Source: an uncultured delta proteobacterium (lineage in GTDB: Bacteria > Desulfobacterota > Desulfobacteria > Desulfobacterales > B30-G6). Taken from it: a DNA stretch of 64,000 nucleotides. A program made the position numbers and the translations under genes. The notes under the pieces were generated by a model that ran no database searches, was not told the DNA's origin, and worked only from the letters and a program-made list of their open reading frames with translations. Positions 56,616-64,000 of this stretch are shown here, in pieces (the stretch's first letter is position 1; each line of letters opens with the position of its first letter). Where the stretch lies: NCBI GenBank assembly GCA_963823335.1, contig CAWGLD010000001.1:1568001-1632000 (forward strand), written 5' to 3'.

Positions 56616-57169
56616 AGGATAAGAATGCTTCCCGGCCCTTTTTCTATATAAATGCGCAATTATTATAATTACACAACTTGAGACAGAACGTATAATTATC
56701 ACAATTCCTGCGGAAAATCAAAAGAGATAAAATTCAAAATTATGTCTTGCCCTCAACCCCAAGACCCCAAGCCAAGGGAAATGCGCTCGCTTTTGCGGTT
56801 CAATTCTTATACCCTTCGTATCTTCGTGGTGTTCATTTTTAATATTAAAAACACAAAAAAACGAAACAAAAGTAAAAACTTAAGACTGATTGACCCTTAT
56901 GGTGAAAGTTGCTATTAGAGGATTTGCTATGAGTACGATTGCAGGCTCTTGTAATCCAAGGAGCGGAGCTGTGTGGTTTTTACGCTCCGAGAGCTGAAAA
57001 ATCCCGAATCATCCATACAAAAATCCTAATCACTGATTTCCGACTTCAGATCACCGACCTCTGATCTCCGACCTCCGACCTCTGACTTCTGAAATGTCCT
57101 TCGCGTCTTCGTGGTTCATTATTATTTTTTTCCGATCTCTCCCTACTGCTTACTATAGCTACTCACAAT

Positions 57170-57838
57170 ATGACTAGCAGACACTTAAAAATCCTTTTCA
57201 TCGTCATGGCTTTCATCGTCAGCATTCCGGTATTGGAGCTGGGCTATTTTGTTTGGGTGCTGTCGCGGCCTGTGACGATTCCGCCAAACCTTGAAACCGA
57301 CGCGATTGTCGTGTTCAACGGGAGCCCCAATCGCGTCGAGGCAGGCTATGAGATTGCCCAGTCATTGGATGCGCGGTTTTTGGTTATTTCTCCCGCCCTG
57401 GAAAGAGAACTGGCCATTTTTAACAAGAAATATCCACTTCCCCCGGGAATAAAGCATATTGGTGAACCGCTTGCGCGCACGACACTGGAAAACGCCGTTT
57501 ATAGCCAAAAAATCATCGAACGGCACGAACTGAGGTCGATTCTGCTGGTGACGTCGGCATACCACATGCCCAGGTCCAGGGCCTGTCTGAACTTATGCCG
57601 GCTTGGCTCTGGTACGGACGTTCGTGTTTATTTCGCACCAACGGGCACGGAGAGGAATGTGTTCGGCTACTTGAAAACGTCAAAAGGCGTGAAGACCTTT
57701 TACAACGAAATGGTCCGCTTCTGGGGCAGTCTGGGAGAGTGGGTCGTTTTCAAGATCCGGGGAAAACTCCCTGAGAAAAACCCAAAAGAGATACCCGTGG
57801 TGAAGTTTCTAAAATCTGTGCTCCTTTTCGACATTTAA
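57170..57838 (+). CDS. YdcF/DUF218 family protein
   Basis: DAIVVF, ARTTLENA, LLVTSAYHMPRS. Confidence 0.85.
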   Translation: MTSRHLKILFIVMAFIVSIPVLELGYFVWVLSRPVTIPPNLETDAIVVFNGSPNRVEAGYEIAQSLDARFLVISPALERELAIFNKKYPLPPGIKHIGEPLARTTLENAVYSQKIIERHELRSILLVTSAYHMPRSRACLNLCRLGSGTDVRVYFAPTGTERNVFGYLKTSKGVKTFYNEMVRFWGSLGEWVVFKIRGKLPEKNPKEIPVVKFLKSVLLFDI

Positions 57839-58023
57839 GCGTGGCACCGAGAAATACTGAGGAACGGGGGCACGGTTAAGAAAACATTGAACCGCAAAGA
57901 CGCCAAGGACACAACGGAGATCGGAGGTCAGAGGTCGGAAGTCAGAGATCGGAGTCTGGAGGTTGGAGTGACATTTGAACCGCCCGCTTCGCTCAAGACA
58001 CAAAGGACGCAAAGAAGGAACTT

Positions 58024-58174
58024 TTATAGCGGTTGTCATAAACATGTTCCGGTTGGTCTAATTTACGATCAGGTATTAGAGCGTTTGGATCAGGCCATAT
58101 TAGATGTCATATATAATCCCTTGCGGACTCAAAAAACCGCTGCTATCGGAACGTTATTATGACAAACGCTCTAA
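58024..58174. mobile_element. MITE-like element, ~150 bp, 28-bp imperfect terminal inverted repeats
   Basis: TTATAGCGGTTGTCATAAACATGTTCCG ... CGGAACGTTATTATGACAAACGCTCTAA. Confidence 0.65.
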
Positions 58175-58296
58175 TAGAAATTTAATAAATAACTAAAAAC
58201 AATTATTGACACAAACGTTACCAGTTGATAGCACTTATTTACATAATTATTTTGACAAAAAAAGCCATGTGTCAATTCCAACTGAAGGAGAACTGC

Positions 58297-58725
58297 ATGA
58301 AAAAACTGACAAAAATCCCAGTTATGTGGCTATGCTGTATGCTGCTGTTCCTTCCGTTTCTGGTTGCTGGTCCATCCAGCGCCCAGTGCACCATGGTCTC
58401 CGGACAGCTTGATGCAGCCGTGGCGTCATGTGGTGCAGATCTGGACTGCTTTGTGTCGCTGGCCAAAAGCAATGTGTCCTGCGCCGCCAACATTGCCTGG
58501 TATTACATGATCATGTACGCTCCAGAAGATCCGACGCCTGTTCTAGACAGCTTTCTGAATGCACTTCCCTACTCTTCCGCTTTGTCAGATGACCTTAGCG
58601 TTGCCATCAACGCGGCCTATCAAGCGAACCGGAACGAGCAGAAAGCGGGATCCACGACATCGGCAAACGAATACCCTTACGGGCAGGGCAGTAAACCCGC
58701 AAACGAACAATCTTACGGGAAGTAA
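58297..58725 (+). CDS. Exported hypothetical protein, 142 aa
   Basis: RBS AAGGAG, signal peptide ending SSA-Q, four Cys in the mature part. Confidence 0.75.
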   Translation: MKKLTKIPVMWLCCMLLFLPFLVAGPSSAQCTMVSGQLDAAVASCGADLDCFVSLAKSNVSCAANIAWYYMIMYAPEDPTPVLDSFLNALPYSSALSDDLSVAINAAYQANRNEQKAGSTTSANEYPYGQGSKPANEQSYGK

Positions 58726-58793
58726 ATCCGCAGGGTTTTTATAATGAAAAGACTGACCATCAGGGTATTGGCTGATATGACAGCGGAGGAAAG

Positions 58794-60059
58794 ATGAATA
58801 TGCAGAAAGCAACTAATCATCCGGCAAAAATCTTTTTTTTATTGTCAGCTTTTCTCTTTGCCTGGGCTACTTCGGTATGGGCTCAAGGCAATATCCATCT
58901 CGGGAGAGCCCAGTTGACCACCGGACTCCAGTATGCCGGTGAATACAACGACAATATTTTTCGCGATGCGGACAATGAAGAAAGCGACTACATTCACATC
59001 GTTACCCCCAGTCTGAAACTGGTGTACCCCGGTACAAACCCGGGTAACTACGTGCAGGCCAAATACCATGTCGACATCGCTCGATACGACGATTTTTCAG
59101 ATACGGATTACGAAGATCACCGACTATTTGGTGGCTTCGGATACCGCTCCCCGGCCGGCATCTACCTAATGGCCGATGATGCATACCAGAACACCGCCGA
59201 CCCTTACGGATCTGAAAGCACTTACAACGATGGCGTTCAAACAAAGCGCTGGAACAATACCGTCTCTATGACTGCCGGCTACGATTTTGCCAGTATCTAC
59301 ACGGTGGAAGCCTATGCGCGCCACTTTGTTGAGCGATACGACAAGAAAGTCGACAAATACCAGGACAGGACACGCATCACGGCTGGCGGTATGCTCCTTT
59401 ACCGGTTTAACAAGTTGCAGTTCCTGGGCGAACTTCGCAGAGCTGACGTGACATTTGATGAACAGAACGACGACATCGATGGATGGGACGATAACAACTC
59501 CCAGGATCATACCCTGACCGAAGCCCTGGTTGGTATTCGGTTTCAGCCGGGAGGGAAAATTATCGGGAACGCCAAGATTGGCTACCAAGCAGTGTCATTT
59601 GAAAACAATAAAGACAAAAATGGAAACAAATACAACGATGACCCCCAGGTAATTGGCGAAGTAGACGTGAGCTATTTTCTCAGCGAGCAGACATCCTTCA
59701 AAATTTTTGGCGGAAGATCTCTGAACACATCTGTAACGGCGGGTAATGCCGATGATGTTTCCAGTTCTTACATGAACACGTATGGGGGCATCGGGGTTAC
59801 CCAGAAAATAATGACCAAACTTTCCCTGAATATTGAATACGAGAGAAATGTAGAAGACTATCTGGATGTCAGTTCGGGTAATGACGACAAATTGCTGATA
59901 GCAAATACGCTGCGCGGTGGTCTGGACTATGATATAAACAGGTGGCTGGATGCGGGCGTGACTTTGTCGTATAAGGACAAGAACTCAGACACCGGTCAAT
60001 ACGATGATGAAGAGTATACCGTTACCCGGTATGGATTCTATGTTGAATTGACATATTAA
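58794..60059 (+). CDS. Outer-membrane beta-barrel of a polysaccharide export locus
   Basis: Signal peptide, YNDNIF..ESDYI, amphipathic strands, terminal Tyr; precedes wza. Confidence 0.8.
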   Translation: MNMQKATNHPAKIFFLLSAFLFAWATSVWAQGNIHLGRAQLTTGLQYAGEYNDNIFRDADNEESDYIHIVTPSLKLVYPGTNPGNYVQAKYHVDIARYDDFSDTDYEDHRLFGGFGYRSPAGIYLMADDAYQNTADPYGSESTYNDGVQTKRWNNTVSMTAGYDFASIYTVEAYARHFVERYDKKVDKYQDRTRITAGGMLLYRFNKLQFLGELRRADVTFDEQNDDIDGWDDNNSQDHTLTEALVGIRFQPGGKIIGNAKIGYQAVSFENNKDKNGNKYNDDPQVIGEVDVSYFLSEQTSFKIFGGRSLNTSVTAGNADDVSSSYMNTYGGIGVTQKIMTKLSLNIEYERNVEDYLDVSSGNDDKLLIANTLRGGLDYDINRWLDAGVTLSYKDKNSDTGQYDDEEYTVTRYGFYVELTY

Positions 60060-60089
60060 ACCGCAAATACCGGGCATAATTCGTACGTC

Positions 60090-60122
60090 AAAAAAGGGGA
60101 GATCAGCATACTCCCCTTTTTC
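60090..60122 (+). terminator. Intrinsic terminator-like hairpin
   Basis: AAAAAAGGGGAG...CTCCCCTTTTTT. Confidence 0.65.
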
Positions 60123-60177
60123 ATGTTAGCCCGAAAATCTCATGAAATATCCGAGCTAATTCTGATATGGAGATAGT

Positions 60178-61230
60178 ATGAGAAACGTGTTCCTACTGAT
60201 ATGCTTTTTGTCACTTTGCACCATGATGGCGGCATGCAGCACGGGTGGAAGTGTGGTCCGTGTGATCGATGTAGCGGAAGAAGAGGAGATTGAGGGGCTC
60301 GACCCGGCGGAATTGGAGCGGCTTGCCAGGATCAAGGCCGCGGAGAAAAATGAATCCAACGGTCTCGGTCTGAACCAAATTATCCAGAGCACGCCCTCCT
60401 ACAATGTTTTCGAATATCTGTCACTCAGACCCGATGCCAACAATCCTGCCGCAAAAGATTACACTGTCGGGGGATATGATGTGCTCGATATTACGGTCTA
60501 TGAAGAGCAGGATCTTTCCCGCCAGGGTGTCCGGGTCAGTGCCGACGGCCATATTTCCTTCCCGCTGATCAATCGTGTGGTGGTGGGCGGGCTTACCACA
60601 TCGGAAATTGAAAGCATCATATCCAACCGTCTGGCAGAGGGGCAATTTGTTATCGACGCACACGTGTCCGTGATCGTGAGCGACTACCGCAGCAAGCAGT
60701 TCATGGCGCTCGGTCCGGTCAAAATGCCGGGTTCTTACCCGTTGAAAGCGCAGGAACGGGTGCTGGATGCCATATCGAGGGCCGGCGGCATCATGTCCGA
60801 ACAGGCCGGCAGCGAAGTGATGATCATCCGGACGGAAAATCCCGACACGGCCAATGAACGCAAGCTGGTTGTCCGCATCAATTTGCAGGCCCTCCTGGAT
60901 CATGGCGACCAGATGTCCAACCTCCTGATGGAGGACAGGGATTTGCTCTACATTTCCAAAGCGGAGCGTTTCTACATCATCGGGCAGGTAAAACAGCCGG
61001 GGTCGTTTCTTTACCTGGACAAGAACGTCACCCTGGTCGAGGCCATCAGCATGGCCGGAGGGTTTACCAACATTGCCGCTCGAAACCGGACACGCATCGT
61101 GCGTGTGGAAAACGGGTTGGAAAAGATCATCGAAGTCAAAGTGGACGCCATCACCAAGGCCGGCAAAAAAGGCCAGGATGTGCGGATCCATCCGGGGGAC
61201 GTTATAATCGTACCGGAGTCGTTCTTTTAA
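60178..61230 (+). CDS. wza: Polysaccharide export lipoprotein (Wza-like, SLBB domains)
   Basis: Lipobox MAAC; DVLDITVY, DGHISFPLI, GQVKQPG, PGDVIIVPES. Confidence 0.85.
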   Translation: MRNVFLLICFLSLCTMMAACSTGGSVVRVIDVAEEEEIEGLDPAELERLARIKAAEKNESNGLGLNQIIQSTPSYNVFEYLSLRPDANNPAAKDYTVGGYDVLDITVYEEQDLSRQGVRVSADGHISFPLINRVVVGGLTTSEIESIISNRLAEGQFVIDAHVSVIVSDYRSKQFMALGPVKMPGSYPLKAQERVLDAISRAGGIMSEQAGSEVMIIRTENPDTANERKLVVRINLQALLDHGDQMSNLLMEDRDLLYISKAERFYIIGQVKQPGSFLYLDKNVTLVEAISMAGGFTNIAARNRTRIVRVENGLEKIIEVKVDAITKAGKKGQDVRIHPGDVIIVPESFF

Positions 61231-61304
61231 TGAGCGTCTTAACTTTTAGGAGTTTTTTAAATAATGGATTTCCAGCATTCCAATTCCTAAAAGTTAAGAC
61301 CCTG

Positions 61305-61410
61305 CGGGATTGCCGATCTTACCACATCTACTGTGTCAGATAATGTTTCGCATAGTATCCTATAGCGAAACAATATCTTCCTTGTATCTGCGGCAACCTC
61401 GACAATCGCT
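61305..61410. repeat. ~105-bp long-hairpin repeat, copy 2
   Basis: Colinear with 1476-1581. Confidence 0.8.
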
Positions 61411-61482
61411 CAATCCTGGCTCATTTTTTTAATATCGGTGGATATGAAATAGTCAATTGAAATTTTTCGGAGAAAAATTTTT

Positions 61483-63726
61483 ATGGAAGACGAATACAGA
61501 GAAGAAACCATCGACCTGAGGGATTACCTGCGCGTGCTGCGCAAAAGGCGCTGGGTCATTATCTCCATTTTCATGGTGACGGTTCTGGCGGTGGCGGTAC
61601 ACACATTCACCGCCATGCCCATCTACGAGGCCTCTTCCCGCATCGTCATTGAAAAAGAGAACCCAAACCTGGTCTCCATTCAGGAGGTTATGGCTGTCGA
61701 CTCAACCGGTACGGATTATTACCAGACCCAGTATAAGATCATCGAGAGCCGGGTGGTGGCGCGTGACGTCATCGAGCGGCTCGATCTGGCCAACAGTTCC
61801 GAGTTTTTGCCACCGCCTGAAGACTCGCTGCTGGCCCAGGTCAAAGGATGGGTCAGCGACCTGCTGACGGGCGGTGTTGAATGGTTCCGGTCTCTGATGA
61901 ACACAGGGCAGGGCGGCCTGGACCAGAATGCTTTGCCGGGTGACGGGGCGGCGCAGGATAGCAGACTGGTCACTGATTTCCTGGAACGTGTGGAGGTCAG
62001 CCCCATCAGGAACAGCCGCCTGGTGGATGTTCGTCTGGAAGCCAAGGACCCGGTCATGGCCGCCAGGATGGCCAACGAACTGGTGAAAGCCTACATCAAT
62101 CAGAACCTGGAGATCAAACTCAGTGCCACAAAAGATGCGGTTCAGTGGCTGAGTGACAGGATATCCGAAGAACGGACCAAGGTGGAGCAGGTGGAAAACG
62201 ACCTCCTGCGCTACAAAGAGAAGCACCAGATCATCACCGATTTTTCCAACGACGCCGAACTCATTACGGCCCAGAAGCTGGCCACCCTCAATCAGCAGGT
62301 CGTGGAAGCCGAGTCCATGCGGGTGGAGGCCGAGACCCGCTACCAGCAGGCGCTGGCACTCGATGACACACCGGACATGCTCGATTCCATACCCGAGGTC
62401 CTGGCCAACGACCTGGTCAAGGAAATCAAGCGCATGGAGGTGGCCCTCTACAACCGCATGTCGGAGCTGTCTAAAAAGTACGGCAAAAATCATCCCCAGA
62501 TGGTGGCCATCAACTCGGAACTGACGGACTTGAAAAAGCGCAAATCCCTGGAAGCCCGGCAGGTGGTCAATTCGCTAAAAAACGAATATCAGCTCAGCGT
62601 CGCTAAGGAAGAATCCCTGAAAAAGGCCTTGACCCGGCAGAAAGAAGAGTCCCTGGAACTCAATAAAAAAGCCGTCCAGTTCGGCGTCCTCAAGCGCCAG
62701 GCGGAAAGTACCCGCCAGATGTACGAGCTACTCATCAAGCGCTTCAAGGAGACCTCCCTGACCGAAGAGATGAAAACCGGCAACATCCGCATTGTCGATC
62801 AAGCCGAGGTCCCCAGGGAACCGGTGAAACCCCGCAAAAGACTGAATCTTCTCCTGGCGGCAATGGTGGGACTCTTTCTCGGTATCGGCCTGGCTTTCTT
62901 GCTGGAATACATGGACAACACCATCAAACTGCCGGAAGATGTCACGGAATTTTTAAAGGTCCCGTATCTGGGGCCGATACCGGCATTTACCATGAACGGT
63001 GCTTCGGGAGAAATTCCAGCAGAGCTGATTTCCGTCCACTCCCCGAAGTCAACCGCCAGTGAAGCTTACCGTGGTTTGCGGACCAGTATCTTGTTGTCGT
63101 CCGCCGACAAGAAACCGCGCGTCATCATGGTTACCAGCGCCGGTCCCCTGGAGGGGAAAACCCTGACATCCACCAATATGGCTGTCACCATGGCACGCTC
63201 GCATCAATCGGTTTTACTGATCGACGGCGACATGCGGCGACCGAGAGTCCACAAGGTGTTTCAAACCGATCAAAAGAAGGGATTGTCAGGTATCCTTGTG
63301 GGAACGGACAAGACGGCTGATACGATTGTCGAGACACCGGTAAAGGGCTTATACCTCCTGCCTGTCGGCGCTATCCCCCCCGATCCGTCCGAACTCATCG
63401 GTTCAAAGACCATGGGACGGTTCATTGCCAGCCTGAAAGAAAAATTCGAGATCATCATCATCGACACGCCCCCGTTGACGGCGGTGACCGATGCCCTGGT
63501 ACTATCCCAATTTGTGGATGGTGTCATGCTGGTAACACGCGTGGGTATCACACCGCGTCAGGTCATCAAGACCAGCCTGGAACAGTTGCAGGCGGTCAAG
63601 GCAAACATTCTCGGTGTGGTACTGAATGGTGTTAACACCGGCAAAGACAGCTACTATTATTCCCAGTACTACTACAACTACTACGGGGAAGATAACGATA
63701 AAAAGAAGCGGCGCAGTAAGCAGTAA
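61483..63726 (+). CDS. wzc: Polysaccharide co-polymerase / BY-kinase (Wzc/GumC-like)
   Basis: IDLRDYL, SEAYRGLRT, EGKT, IDGDMRRP, IIDTPP, Tyr-rich tail. Confidence 0.9.
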   Translation: MEDEYREETIDLRDYLRVLRKRRWVIISIFMVTVLAVAVHTFTAMPIYEASSRIVIEKENPNLVSIQEVMAVDSTGTDYYQTQYKIIESRVVARDVIERLDLANSSEFLPPPEDSLLAQVKGWVSDLLTGGVEWFRSLMNTGQGGLDQNALPGDGAAQDSRLVTDFLERVEVSPIRNSRLVDVRLEAKDPVMAARMANELVKAYINQNLEIKLSATKDAVQWLSDRISEERTKVEQVENDLLRYKEKHQIITDFSNDAELITAQKLATLNQQVVEAESMRVEAETRYQQALALDDTPDMLDSIPEVLANDLVKEIKRMEVALYNRMSELSKKYGKNHPQMVAINSELTDLKKRKSLEARQVVNSLKNEYQLSVAKEESLKKALTRQKEESLELNKKAVQFGVLKRQAESTRQMYELLIKRFKETSLTEEMKTGNIRIVDQAEVPREPVKPRKRLNLLLAAMVGLFLGIGLAFLLEYMDNTIKLPEDVTEFLKVPYLGPIPAFTMNGASGEIPAELISVHSPKSTASEAYRGLRTSILLSSADKKPRVIMVTSAGPLEGKTLTSTNMAVTMARSHQSVLLIDGDMRRPRVHKVFQTDQKKGLSGILVGTDKTADTIVETPVKGLYLLPVGAIPPDPSELIGSKTMGRFIASLKEKFEIIIIDTPPLTAVTDALVLSQFVDGVMLVTRVGITPRQVIKTSLEQLQAVKANILGVVLNGVNTGKDSYYYSQYYYNYYGEDNDKKKRRSKQ

Positions 63727-64000
63727 GTAGTCGGCAGCAGGGAGACCGTTAAGAGGGAAGAAGGCCTAAGGTTAAGGAAAGATTGAACCGCAAAGTACGC
63801 GAAGGAAAAATATTACCTTTATCGAATCGGGGCGGCCGATTCGATAAACCATCCCACCCTTCGGGTATCGTCACTTATCTATTTCCAAAAATTGTCCTTT
63901 ATCCCTAATATGATCGCTATAGTTATTTTCAATGCTTGGTGTAATAAAGGTGAAGTAGTGTAGTTGCCCGTAAGGGCATGATGGTTTGCCTGATCAGTTT

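Noticed and set aside
56940-56995. Possible ops/JUMPstart element before the polysaccharide locus
   Set aside because: Hairpins are present but there is no GGCGGTAG core
55278-57000. Genomic island integrated at tRNA-Met
   Set aside because: No integrase and no duplicated tRNA 3' end seen in the window, although the fabH region looks more AT-rich
57030-57095. Tandem repeats as a possible CRISPR array
   Set aside because: Degenerate 7-nt units without spacers; no cas genes
61237-61299. 15-bp inverted repeat TCTTAACTTTTAGGA...TCCTAAAAGTTAAGA after wza
   Set aside because: Single copy; cannot tell a terminator or stabiliser from an element remnant

Overview
Chromosomal segment of a sulfate-reducing deltaproteobacterium; the gene content (dsrC, hdrA-flx, ahbA, PFOR) is Desulfobacterales-like. 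In order: OmpR-type two-component system and msrAB; PAS kinase and sigma-54 activator upstream of a sigma-54 promoter, a small Cys-repeat ORF and gdhA; MFS transporter; hipBA-type toxin-antitoxin pair; an AmmeMemoRadiSam cluster whose members carry export signals, plus a membrane spermidine-synthase-like protein; a deletion-riddled lipid-biosynthesis remnant (MMPL, two ketosynthases, radical SAM) around an intact peptide ABC operon; fumarase; PFOR; hdrA-flxDCBA-dsrC, in which HdrA and FlxD contain in-frame TGA codons with SECIS-like hairpins (missed by the ORF track); miaA, a TIGR01212 radical SAM gene and mnmG; a DnaJ-type gene; an acidic zinc-ribbon protein; tRNA-Met; a candidate sRNA; a fabH-like gene; and the start of a wza/wzc polysaccharide locus. 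Intergenic DNA holds several families of palindromic, MITE-like and short tandem repeats, some with compensatory base changes. No CRISPR array, rRNA, intact transposase or prophage was seen. All calls are by eye from motifs; no database searches were run.
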